NCBI RefSeq assembly: GCF_009914755.1
Contig: NC_060931.1
Reading direction: 5' to 3' (one strand)
Length of the DNA stretch: 64,000 nucleotides
Origin: the human T2T-CHM13v2.0 reference genome, Homo sapiens
In this document: in pieces, positions 50,250-63,655 of the stretch
Numbering within the stretch: position 1 is the stretch's first letter
How the letters are laid out: each line of letters starts with the position of its first letter
The notes under the pieces: generated by a model
What the model was told of the DNA's origin: nothing
What the model saw: the letters and a program-made list of their open reading frames with translations, nothing else
Database searches by the model: none
Position numbers and translations under genes: made by a program

Positions 50250-52650
50250 GACCTAAAGGCGATGGGCGGAACCAGCTGCCGCAGCGACTCCGCAAGCCCC
50301 TCACACCTCAACCCAGGTTTCCCGCCACCAAGAAAAGGCACGAGGACGCCCTGAGCACTAGCTCCACCCGAGGGCGGTGCGCTCGCGGGGCCGAGGCGCA
50401 TGCGCAACTGGAAACAGCGTCTGCGTTTCCGCAGCTGAGGTAAATCCGCCATCTTCCACCCGAACGTCCCGGGAAAACTACAAATCCCAGAATCCTCTTT
50501 GGTGTCACATATTTTTAGGCGGCGGCCGCGGCGCCTGATTGTTCCTGAAGCACATCTACTAACTTTTCTGTTTCAGACTGCCTTTTCCTCCCTCTTTCCG
50601 TTCTCTAATTCCTCCTCTTCCTGCTGGTCTCCTTCACGCCCTCACCTTAGGATTTTGAGACTCTCCTGGACCCCACTGTCACCCCTGCCGCCCTGTCCTC
50701 GGCCCAGCACTCCGCTGGCAGGGAGACCGGGCGGCGCATCTCCCCGGGAAAACGGCGTAGACTCGCTTCTTCCTCATTGGCAGAAGCTGGGGGGGCCCAG
50801 CGCGGACCGAACCCCCGTCCCCGCCCACACTCGCTGGTATATAAGTCGGCGTGGCGCCGCGGTGGGTGTTGAGAGGCCCGCGAACTGACGGGCCAGTGAG
50901 CGGGCGTCGGGAGTGGGCGGATGCGTTGGGGTTCGGGTCGTGGGTGTTGAGGCGGAGAGGAAGGCGTGGTGTGGCGTCTCCAGGTGATTGCGATTGGGGG
51001 AAGGTAGAGGAGCCAGAGAACGACTCAGCCGTTTCGGGGGAAGAGGAAGTTGGACAACATCGGCTGTTTTAGTGCTTTTTATTTTTCCCCAATTCAGCAG
51101 AGAATATTTTCAAGGGGGGTGAGTTATAATGACCTATCGCGTTTTACTGAGCCCAGTTCCACTCCCGCCCTTCCTTGGCTTTGTAGGGTCTCCCCTCCGC
51201 TCCCTCGGAAGCGCTTCTAAGAAGGTGGGCAGAGGGGGGGAGGTTTGCTACCAACAGCTCATGAATAATTCATGAGCCCCGCCCTTCGTCAGGAAGCCCC
51301 GCCCCTCCGGATCGCGCTGACGCACGCTGCGTTTACCAAACTTAAGGAAGCGACGTCACAGGCCCAACCCCTAAGACGGGGGGCGGGGCGCCAGTTTCAG
51401 CACGTGCTGCCTCTACCCGCGCAAGCCCAAAAGGGTGTGCGCAGGCGCTGCCCACTAGGGGGGAGGAAGGAGGCGGGGTGGGGAGGTTGTTGGATTTAGA
51501 GCCGGGCGGAGACCGCTGAGACTCATTCCTCAGGAACAAGGGTCGGGTGTCAAGGAGACCTTTTCACACCAGCTCCCGTCCCCCGCCTACGGTGGGTGGG
51601 ATCGCGCGGCAGAGACAAAGGAGATCAGTAGGGCCGGACATAGCTGCGCAGGGAAGTAGGGTGTCAGTTTGGGGTGGTGGGCTTTTGCGGGGGCTGTGGG
51701 GGGGTTATATTTAAACTCCCAGAGCCGTTAAGTTGGTTCGTAGTCTGATGCGCGCGCAACCAGGGTGGTGGCGGAGTGCGCATGCGTGGTTCCCGGGCGA
51801 AGGGAACGCGCGCTCACCGTGCGCGCTCGCGGCCGGGTGGTAGTGGCGGAGGAGAAAGGGGTCGGCGCACGCGCGGTTGAGTCCTCGAGTAGTTCGGGTC
51901 TCGCGGGCCTCTTGTTTTGGTCTCGCGGGCTAGTAGGGCGCACTTGGCGGGGAGGCGCTTGGGCGCGAGACTAGGCGTGAAGAGCAGAGCTGCGCGCGCA
52001 CTCGGGAAAGGGGGGAAGGGAGCAGGGTCCAGGCAGGGGGGGTTAGGCCCCCTGATCCCCCTCGTTACCCCGACTGGCACGGAATAAGGGGAGGAAATGA
52101 TCGAGATGGCGGCGGAGAAGGAGCCGTTTCTGGTGCCGGCCCCGCCGCCGCCGCTCAAAGATGAGTCGGGCGGAGGGGGCGGCCCCACGGTGCCACCGCA
52201 CCAAGAGGCCGCCTCTGGGGAGCTCCGCGGCGGGACGGAGCGTGGTCCGGGTCGTTGCGCGCCATCTGCGGGGTCCCCAGCCGCTGCGGTCGGTCGGGAA
52301 AGCCCCGGGGCCGCGGCCACCTCCTCCAGTGGTCCCCAGGCGCAGCAGCACCGAGGGGGCGGCCCCCAGGCGCAGTCGCATGGGGAGGCCCGCCTGTCGG
52401 ATCCCCCGGGGCGAGCCGCTCCCCCGGACGTGGGGGAGGAGCGCCGGGGAGGGGGCGGGACAGAGCTGGGTCCCCCTGCTCCTCCTCGACCCCGCAATGG
52501 CTATCAGCCCCACCGGCCACCTGGGGGGGGCGGGGGCAAGAGGAGAAATAGCTGTAATGTAGGGGGAGGCGGGGGAGGCTTCAAACATCCGGCCTTCAAG
52601 AGGCGCAGGCGGGTGAATTCGGACTGTGACTCTGTGTTACCCTCCAACTT
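50250..52650. promoter_or_regulatory. CpG island, bidirectional ZCWPW1/MEPCE promoter
   Basis: CpG-dense; NRF1-type GCGCATGCGC 50396-50405; YY1-type CCGCCATCTT 50446-50455; ZNF143-type ACTACAAATCCCAGAATCC 50477-50495; inverted CCAAT 50776-50780; GC box 50821; TATATAAG 50838-50845; more GC boxes and CRE-like sites 51275-51390. Confidence 0.88.
50646..50780 (-). other. ZCWPW1: ZCWPW1 non-coding exon 1 (5' end approximate)
   Basis: CTAAG|gtgagg donor inside the CpG island, divergent from the MEPCE promoter. Confidence 0.6.
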
Positions 52651-53767
52651 CCTCCTGGGGGGCAATATCTTTGATCCCCTGAACCTGAATAGCCTCCTGG
52701 ATGAGGAAGTGAGCCGCACTCTCAACGCGGAGACCCCTAAGTCATCCCCCCTTCCGGCCAAAGGGCGAGATCCGGTGGAGATCCTCATCCCCAAAGATAT
52801 TACTGACCCGCTCAGTCTCAATACTTGCACTGATGAGGGCCATGTAGTTCTTGCTTCGCCACTCAAGACTGGTCGGAAGCGGCATAGACACCGGGGACAG
52901 CACCACCAGCAGCAGCAGGCAGCCGGAGGGAGTGAGAGTCACCCCGTGCCGCCCACAGCCCCTCTCACCCCCTTACTCCACGGGGAGGGCGCCTCACAGC
53001 AGCCGCGGCACAGGGGCCAGAACCGGGATGCCCCCCAACCCTATGAACTCAACACAGCCATCAACTGCAGGGATGAAGTGGTGTCTCCCCTTCCATCTGC
53101 TCTGCAGGGTCCCTCAGGCTCCCTATCAGCCCCTCCAGCTGCCTCAGTTATCTCTGCACCCCCATCTTCCTCCTCCCGACATCGCAAACGTCGCAGGACT
53201 TCCAGCAAGTCGGAGGCAGGGGCTAGGGGTGGAGGCCAGGGTTCCAAGGAAAAGGGCCGAGGGAGTTGGGGAGGCCGCCACCACCACCACCACCCACTGC
53301 CTGCAGCAGGCTTCAAAAAGCAACAGCGCAAGTTCCAGTATGGGAATTATTGCAAATACTATGGGTACCGCAATCCTTCCTGTGAGGATGGGCGCCTTCG
53401 GGTGTTGAAGCCTGAGTGGTTTCGGGGCCGGGACGTCCTAGATCTGGGCTGCAATGTGGGCCATCTGACCCTGAGCATTGCCTGCAAGTGGGGCCCGTCC
53501 CGCATGGTGGGCCTGGATATCGATTCCCGGCTCATCCATTCTGCCCGCCAAAACATCCGACACTACCTTTCCGAGGAGCTGCGTCTCCCACCCCAGACTT
53601 TGGAAGGGGACCCGGGGGCAGAGGGTGAGGAAGGGACCACCACCGTTCGAAAGAGGAGCTGCTTCCCAGCCTCGCTGACTGCCAGCCGGGGTCCCATCGC
53701 TGCCCCCCAAGTGCCCTTGGATGGAGCGGACACATCAGTCTTCCCCAACAATGTTGTCTTCGTCACG
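52097..53767 (+). CDS. MEPCE: MEPCE exon 1 coding part
   Basis: 570-aa ORF truncated at GTC ACG|gtaag. Confidence 0.96.
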
Positions 53768-55632
53768 GTAAGAGGGTCCAGAGGCTCTTGGAATAGGGGC
53801 CAGGTGTGAAGATGAGATTAAATGGGAATGTAGCAGGGAAGGTTATGACCCAGATCCTCAAAAGAGGGGTCTGGGTTGGCAAGTGAGAGCCTCTGCTGGG
53901 CGTCTCTCCCCTCTTATAACCTGGAAAGGTGGGGTGTCTACCTTGGGGCATTGACCCTGGAGTCCTTTGTCATGACTGCAAGGATCTCCAAGATAGAGGA
54001 GGACTCTCTTTTTGCTCTGCTCCCGGCTTGGCCTATAATCCACACTGGTCCACCTTCCCTTCCCTTGAAGGCTGCTGCTCACTAGGGAATTTGATCCAGG
54101 TGGAACTTGGTCCTCAGATTTACTGAAGGAGCCTGAGAATGGGAGTCAGACATGGAATGTCTTCTAGGGAGGAGATTAGGGTAGCGACAGACTAATACTG
54201 GCGTTTCTGCCCTTTGATAGCCACCTTGCTCCTATCAGCGGCTTTTGTTTTCCTAGACAGTTTGTTGAAGCGTGTCAGGAACCCAAGTGGTTTGGCTGTA
54301 GATCCTCTCCACATTGACCCTAGATAGTGGGAGAGGGAAGAACCAGAAACTCCTCTGCAGAGAGGAGAGAGTCCTGTGCCCTGCAGAGTCCCCTGACTGC
54401 ACACAGCTCCCCAGAGAACACTCCAGTTAGGCTGCCTACTGGGATCTTTGGCATTGTGTTGGGTTAAGCCTGAAGAATGGTCTTTTTAGAGGGTTGTGAT
54501 GAGCTGAGCTTCTAGAAAAGGCTTCCTAAAGGATGTGGCTCTTCATTTCTCTCAGAGAAAGGAAAGAATAGGCCTGAAACTTTGCCAGCCCCAACTGCAG
54601 GGAAGGAACCACAGGTCTGCCTTTGAAACCTGGGTTAGTTACCCTTGCAGAACCTGCAGTCACTCCACTTAATGTCTGTGAGTGAGAATAAACACAGGAT
54701 ATGGTCCTGGGACCCTAGCTTTGGAAGACTTCATGGATAATTTGCACCATTTAAAATTACTCAGGCTCCGTCGACCTTTTTTGGCTTACCACCAGTAGGA
54801 AGCAGCAGAGGCAGGAAGGTGTAGAGGAGAAAACAAAACTCAAAGAGGGCAGGCACCTTTTGGGAGTTAGTCTGAGAAGAAAGTGGCCACGGGCTAAAGT
54901 GAGGCCGCGGGACTGTATCGGCCTCAGAGCAGGTTGCCTGGGAGCAGGGGTTCTTTGATTCCCTCAGTTGACCTCACTGCCGATTCTTGCCCTCAGGGTA
55001 ATTATGTGCTGGATCGAGATGACCTGGTGGAGGCCCAAACACCTGAGTATGATGTGGTGCTCTGCCTCAGCCTCACCAAGTGGGTGCATCTGAACTGGGG
55101 AGACGAGGGCCTGAAGCGCATGTTTCGCCGGATCTACCGGCACCTACGCCCTGGGGGCATCCTGGTCCTAGAGCCCCAACCCTGGTCGTCGTATGGCAAG
55201 AGAAAGACTCTTACAGTGAGTTGGGTGTTGGGGGAATAGTCATTCCTTTGGTTGAGGCAAGAAAAGGCCCCGAGGTGGGCATCGCCCTTGGCCAGGGGAG
55301 GCGGCAGCGTGCTGAAGTGGTCCCTTGCCTCTCTCCTTAGGAAACGATCTACAAGAACTACTACCGAATCCAATTGAAGCCAGAGCAGTTCAGTTCCTAC
55401 CTGACATCCCCAGACGTGGGCTTCTCCAGCTATGAGCTTGTGGCCACACCCCACAACACCTCTAAAGGTAAGGCTGGTTTATTTTGTCAGGGAGGCTGGT
55501 CCTGGCTGAAAGAGTGCAGACCCCCATGGGGATTCTTGAGGTGCTGCCAACCCCTTCTGATCACTCTCTCTCCCCTCAGGCTTCCAGCGTCCTGTGTACC
55601 TGTTCCACAAGGCCCGATCCCCCAGCCACTAA
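52097..55632 (+). CDS. MEPCE: MEPCE (7SK snRNA methylphosphate capping enzyme), join(52097..53767,54997..55215,55341..55467,55580..55632), 689 aa
   Basis: 2070 nt in frame; SAM motif VLDLGCNVG, Bin3-type [16 protein letters not shown]...LVLEPQPW; ends KARSPSH*. Confidence 0.97.
54997..55215 (+). CDS. MEPCE: MEPCE exon 2
   Basis: ctcag|GGTAAT...ACA|gtgag. Confidence 0.95.
55341..55467 (+). CDS. MEPCE: MEPCE exon 3
   Basis: cttag|GAAACG...AAAG|gtaag. Confidence 0.95.
55580..55632 (+). CDS. MEPCE: MEPCE exon 4 coding part
   Basis: ctcag|GCTTCCAG...CAC TAA. Confidence 0.94.
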
Positions 55633-56164
55633 GTGGCCCCCTAAACAGAAAGTGTGAAGAGGCTGCCCTCGCTGCTCATAAGGACCTGGGGGAAGAGGAA
55701 AGTGTCCCAAGGTCTTTCCTTTCTGACTCCAAAAATAGTTTCCTTTCTTGGATCTGCAAAGAAAGCTTTTCTTCCGTCGCTGCCTCAGCCTCCTCCCTAT
55801 GCCTCTGGCACCTGCGCAGCAAGGCTGGCTGTGCTGGAGTCACCATCATCTTCCTCTCCCCCAGCCTCCCAGGCTGGATGGCATGGACTGTTTGCTGACC
55901 TCTGTTCTCTTAGGGCATGGGAGGTGGGAGGATATCAAATTCTCTAGCCCTTTCCTCCTATTCTCCCAAGGAGAGAGATTCCCATTTCTCCTCGGCCATT
56001 GTACCTAGCTCTTGTCCCTAGCTGCATTTCAGTGGACCATGGATAGAGGGACTGAGGGTTAGACGGGGAAGACTGGCAGGGAGGCACGCAGGTACTGTGA
56101 AAATCCTTCCCTTTGCCCTCCCCCAGTGGGAGAGGGGGTTGGGTTTTCAATGTGAGAACAGCAC

Positions 56165-56170
56165 AATAAA
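56165..56170 (+). terminator. MEPCE: MEPCE poly(A) signal
   Basis: AATAAA about 530 nt after the stop. Confidence 0.82.
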
Positions 56171-56449
56171 CTTGATGTCTAGGGCAGTGGCCCCCACACC
56201 TGTCTCGGTACTGTCTAGCTGGTGGGGGATGGGTGGTGCCTCCCACCAGAACCTGTGCTGTTTATCTTCCATCTCAAGGAAGACACGTTTTTCAGTGGTT
56301 GAGCTGATTGTTGAACACTAGTCAAGTCCACACGCAAGTACACAGAAGCCTAGTCAGGAAAAGGTGTGTAATGCAAATTTTGGTGTGGAACTTGGAGTCT
56401 GCCTTCCCTCCCCAGAAAAACCCCGTAGACGTTTTGGGCAGAAGGCTAA

Positions 56450-56680
<231 letters not shown>

Positions 56681-57359
56681 TGACCTCAGGTGATCCACCC
56701 GCCTCGGCCTTCTAAAGTGCTGGGATTACAGGCGCGAGCCACTGCACCTGGCCAGAAGGCTAACTTGGAAAGAGTTGACGGTGGAGGTAGGCAAAAGTGC
56801 TTTGGATCAAATGCCCAGGGACGGGCCAGCACCTTTTTTGTGCTGTGGAATCAGACTTACAGGCAATTAACAACATGAAGCTCTTCGGGGGCTTGTTAGG
56901 TGTTACTGGAACTTCGAACATACTGAGTATTCAGGTCAGGTGTAAACAGGATGGGCAAGGCTCTTAAAGGTAAAAAGCAAGGAGATAATTTCAGTAACTC
57001 AGTGCAGACAGCTGGCTTGCAAGCTCCTTGAGACAGGTAATCATGGAAGGTTTTCGTGAAGTGTGATAGGCTGGGCTCTGCATTTTGAGAGATCAGAATA
57101 AGTGATGCAGAGAACAATCGCTACCTGATCAAAAACAGGCAGTAGCTGTGGCTGAAGTCAGGGAGAGGCAGGTAAGGTTGTGAACGGAGGGGTATCTAAG
57201 TAAACCTCTAACGTGGACAGTGTTTTCCACTTGCCATGACTCTACCAAGTTCCAAAAAGGCCCCCAAACCCGACTTCCAGGCAGCTTCCAACCTGAGGCT
57301 AAGTGGATAACCCCCTAGAGAGCTTTTAACCCCATTTTAGGCCTCCAAGAAGAGTCCCA

Positions 57360-57382
57360 TTTATTAGCAAAATTACTTTATT
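57360..57382 (-). terminator. PPP1R35: PPP1R35 tandem poly(A) signals
   Basis: tttatt at 57377-57382 and 57360-57365. Confidence 0.8.
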
Positions 57383-57437
57383 CTAACAAATAGTTTAACA
57401 CAAAAATACGAACTAGCCCTCCAGGGATCTTTGGGGT

Positions 57438-58452
57438 CTACGCTTCCCATCGCCTCAGTGTCCGGTGCATGAGGAAGGTGTCCTCTGAAGGGCGGGGCCG
57501 GAGTTGAAGTCGGAGAGGGGGCAGACCGTCCAGGGTCAGGTGTGGAGATTCATAAAATAGCGTTTCTGGGTCACACAAGATGGTCATGTCTGGCCCAGGC
57601 CCAGGTGGCTCCTGTTGGGAGGTTGGGCCCAAAGCAAGGTTACACTTTGGGAGGAAGGATCCGGGTAAGGGGGTACATGGAGGAAGCCCCACGCCCAGAC
57701 CCCATCACCTTTGGGTGCGGGGCTCGAGCCTGTGGCGGCAGGAGAGCCAATTTCTCCCTGAGCGCGGCATTCAGAACCTGTTCCTCCGGCACCTGCAGGC
57801 TCACCAGGTCCCGGAAGAGCCGCTTGGAGCGCGGCACGTTCAGCCCTGAGAGCGCAGCGGGGACGGAGGTGAGTGGCGCGCCTCACCCCGACTCCCGCAC
57901 GCGGCCGGCCGCCCGCCCCCCTCACCCTCGGACACGCTCTCCTCCAGGCCGCAGCGGATCTGGAACGACTTTCTCAGCTGTTCCTCCACGGCCTTCGCAG
58001 CATCAAAGTGGCTCCCGGCTGCGGCCCGCAGCTCCAGGCCCAAGGCCAGGCTGCTCTTCAGCACGGGCATCTCCAGCTCCTGCGGCACCGCAGGCTGCGG
58101 CTCGGACCGCACCGGGGAGGGCGGCGTCAGGCGGAAGCGGACCTGGGAGCAGAGGGCAGGGCAGTGACCAGGTGGGCGCGAGGCCGTCGCGGGCCGGGGG
58201 CCAGCCTCCCCCGCTCACCTGCCGCCGCTGCCGAGCCGCGCCCCGCCGCTCCGCCCGCCCCTTCCGCCGCCCGGGGCTGCCGTGCCGCGGCTGAGGGCTG
58301 TCGGGCCGCGGGCTCAGGCTCAAGTCCAGGCCGGGCTCGGGCACTGGGGCTCGGAGTTGCGGGACTTGGGGCTCCGGGGGTGGCCCCGGGACCGCCGCGG
58401 CTTCTTCCCCGTCCGCCGACTTCAGCTCTGACTCCCCACAACCCATCATCAT
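57438..58452 (-). CDS. PPP1R35: PPP1R35 (centriolar PP1 regulatory subunit 35), complement(join(57438..57611,57709..57845,57926..58142,58219..58452)), 253 aa
   Basis: 762 nt in frame: [11 protein letters not shown]...RQ|VRF (RVxF-type motif spans the first junction)...[11 protein letters not shown]; GT-AG introns of 76-97 nt. Confidence 0.95.
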
Positions 58453-58760
58453 CTTTGGAGGTGCCTTGAGGGTGCGGGGATGCGGGGGTCGCAGACGCTC
58501 CAACGGTCAGGGGACACAGCCTGGCTGCCGCCTCCTTTCCCCCGCCCCTCCTAGACGCCGCTACCGGAAACCGTTAACCCTTTCCTTCGGGGGCGGAGTC
58601 AGCAGCCCCACCCACCCTGTTGTCGCTCCCAGGCGTCATTTCCCTCGCTCCGTCCCCAGGTTTCCGGCAGGCTTCCGCACTCACAGCCTTGGCACCGCCC
58701 CCAAGCCGAAGTGTTGGAAGCACTCACAGCCTTGGCACCGCCCCCAAGCCGAAGTGTTTT
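57700..58760. promoter_or_regulatory. CpG island covering the PPP1R35 promoter and gene body
   Basis: High CpG density, GC boxes, ETS-like CCGGAA at about 58564. Confidence 0.8.
58677..58758. repeat. Perfect 39-bp direct repeat with period 43, upstream of PPP1R35
   Basis: GCACTCACAGCCTTGGCACCGCCCCCAAGCCGAAGTGTT at 58677 and 58720. Confidence 0.95.
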
Positions 58761-58835
58761 TGAGCTGGGGTCGGTTGAAGCCCTACGGGTCCTCATCAGG
58801 GCCACTCCTCCTCTTGAAAACTCTGCTATGGCTGA

Positions 58836-59147
<312 letters not shown>

Positions 59148-59818
59148 TGACCTCGTGATCCGCCCACCTCGGCCTCCCAAAGTGCTGGGATTACAGGCAT
59201 GAGCCACCGCACCTGGCCATAAATGGGGCAGCTTTAAGGTAACGGTCCAGTGTGCCCTGACCTCCCACTCAGACCTGCACAGCATTTCCGGTGTTCCGTT
59301 GCCTCCAAACTCGGACCGGAGTTGGCCTGTATGAGTGCGGGCGAGGGTCGCCGACCCCATCCCGGACTCCCTTCTGGGACACAGCAACTCTTGCAGCTTT
59401 TTGTGACTACTTTTACCTTCGAGAGTTCCCTGAAATATTAATTTGTATAAAAAGTAGATATCTGGCACGGGTGCGGTAGCGCATACCTGCAATTCCAACT
59501 CTGGGAGGCCAAGGCGGGAAGATGTCTTGAAACCCTGAGCTGGAGACAAGCATGGGCAACATACCGAGACTCCACACCACCATTCCCAATCTCTACCAAA
59601 AGAATTTAATTTTAGCCGGGCGTGGTGGTGGTGCTCACCTGTAGTCCCAGCTACTGGGAAGGCTGAGGCGGGAGGATCACTTGAGTCCAGGAGTTCCAGG
59701 CTGCAATGAGCTCTGATCATACCACTGCGCTCTAGCCTGGGCGACAGAGCAAGACCCTGTCTCAGAAACAAACAAAAAACTCTGTATTGTGGGTTCAATG
59801 TTTTATTTTGTTTTTTGA

Positions 59819-60073
<255 letters not shown>

Positions 60074-60774
60074 TAGCCACTGCACCCAGCCTTGAATTCA
60101 GTTTTTTTAATTTTTAATGTCAGTGGACTTATCCTGGGCCCTGAGCTTTTCCACATAGCAGAAGACCCCTGAACTGCAGAAAAGGAAATGAGAGCTCCCA
60201 CCTGCTCCTTAGGTTACTTGGGGCAGGTCCCCTCAATTCTGCAAGTCTCCTTTCATTTTTTGTGTAGAATGTAAGTGGAAGTGGGTTCAGGAATCCTTTC
60301 TTACTCTTTTTTTTTTTTTTTTTTTAATTCTCCAAACTGCTTCAAAAAGGTTCAGGAATCTTGAAGCTTTCCTGGAATTGATTGATGCTCAGTCAACAGG
60401 CACGTTTGTGTACCACTTTTCATTATGAGTTTCCACATTGTTCATTTTATCTTTCCAGGAAGTGCTGTGGAACATCAGATAGAATGGATAGCACAGCCCA
60501 AATTTTACAAAAAGGATTTTAAAGGAAGATCTCAATGGTGGAACACTAGAGGCTTTCCTGCTAAAGTTAAGAACAAGCAAGTATGTCTATTATCTCATTG
60601 TTCAATTGTGAAAAGAAATAGCGAGGTACAAATATAAATTTTTAAACTGGGAGTATAAATTAAAAATTTTTAATAGCGACATAGGAGGGAGAGAATAGAA
60701 TGAAAGACAAACAGTCTTATTCCTCCAAATATACTTTGTTTTGTATATTTGACTTTGGAAATGTATGCATTTTA

Positions 60775-61186
<412 letters not shown>

Positions 61187-61531
61187 TCACTGGAACTCAG
61201 GAGGTGGAGGTTGCAGTGAGCCAAGATTGTGCCACTGCACTCCAGCCTGGGTGACAGAGCTAGACTCTCTGTCTCAAAAAACAAAAAACAAACAAACAAA
61301 AAAAACTAATAAATCATGCTGTATTTTACCTTAAATTGAAAAGTATCAAGACTGAGCACAGTGGCTCAAGCCTGTAATCCCAGCACTTTAGGAAGCCGAG
61401 GCAGGCAAGTTGCCTGAGCTCAGGAGTTCAAGACCAGCCTGGGCAACATGGCAAAACCTCGTCTCTACTAAAAAGTACAAAAAATTAGCCAGGCATGGTA
61501 GCACGTGCCTGTAGTCCCATAGTCCCAGCTA

Positions 61532-61699
<168 letters not shown>

Positions 61700-62561
61700 T
61701 TAGCCAAATGTTGATGACTGCTGAAGCAGGATTTTATTACTATATTTTCTCTACTTTTGCATATTCTTGAACATTTCTGTGACTAAACGTTTTTTGTTTA
61801 TTTAAAAAAAGAGGCTGACGCAGTTTTGGCATGCAGGAAGTGTTGGAGCTGAGACTCGAAACTGTCCCCCAGGCCTTGGCCATGCTGATAAATATCTAGG
61901 CCCTACAGGAGTTCGTGTCCATGAACCCAGTAAACGCAATTCCTCAGCCTTAAAATCTAGTCACTGACTCATTTCAGGCCCCAGCACAGACGAAAACAAG
62001 CCATTCTGTTTGCCCAGTTTACATTGCGGGTCTCCAAGAAGTGGAATGTTCACCAATGATTTTAAGAAAACAGGGCCTGGCGCGGTGGCTCACGCCTGTA
62101 ATCCCAGCACTTTGGGAGGCCGAGGCAGGCAGATCACCTGAGGTTGGGAGTTTGAGATCAGCCTGACCAACATGGAGAAACCCCATTTCTACTAAAAATA
62201 CAAAATTAGCCGGGTGTGGTGGTGCATGCTTGTAATCCCAGCTACTCAGGAGGCTGAGGCAGAATTGCCTGAAGCTGGGAGGCGGAGGTTGCAGTGAGCC
62301 AGAGATCGTGCCATTACATTCCAGCCTGGGCAACAAGAGCAAAACTCTGTCTCAAAATAATAATAATAATAATAATAATTAAAAAAAAAAAAACAGTACG
62401 AGTGTGAAGATCGGAAGGTGGAGGTGAGGGAGGTGAGAGGTCTTGGGCCTGCCCACATTCTTCCTAAGCTATTTTGGCTGGCCCAGGCTGGGAGGCCAGG
62501 AATTGCTTTTCCTCTTCAAAAGAAAAGGGGACAAAAAATTAGCTGGGCGTGGTAGCACTCA

Positions 62562-62851
<290 letters not shown>

Positions 62852-63156
62852 TTACCTGGGCATGGCAGCACATGCCTGTAATTTCAGCTACTCGGGAGGC
62901 TGAGGCATGAGAATCACTTGAACCTGAGAGGGGGAGGTTGCAGTGAGCCAAGATGGCACCACTGCACTCCAGCCTGGGCAACAGCGTGAGACTCTGTCTC
63001 AAAAAAAAAAAAAAAAAAAAAAAATGGCTGGGACACCGTGACTCATGCCTGTAATTCCAGCACTTTGGGAGGCAGAGGCAGGAGGATCCCTGTGAGGCCA
63101 GGAGTTCAAGACCAGCCTGGGCAACATAGTGAGACCCAGTCTCTATAAAAAAATTA

Positions 63157-63315
<159 letters not shown>

Positions 63316-63511
63316 TTATTTATTATAAGGCTTTTGGGCTGGGTGCTGTGGCTCACGCCTGTAATCCCAGCACTTTGGGAGGCCGAGGCGGGCGGATCAC
63401 GAGGTCAGGAGATTAACACCATCCTGGCTAACACGGTGAAACCCTGTCTCTACTAAAAATACAAAAAATTAGCCGGGTGTGGTGGCATGCGCCTCTAGTC
63501 CCAGCTACTCA

Positions 63512-63655
<144 letters not shown>

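Noticed and set aside
51814-53766. Antisense and alternative-frame ORFs over MEPCE exon 1, and likewise over PPP1R35 (57542-58469)
   Set aside because: Expected in very GC-rich coding DNA; no independent support
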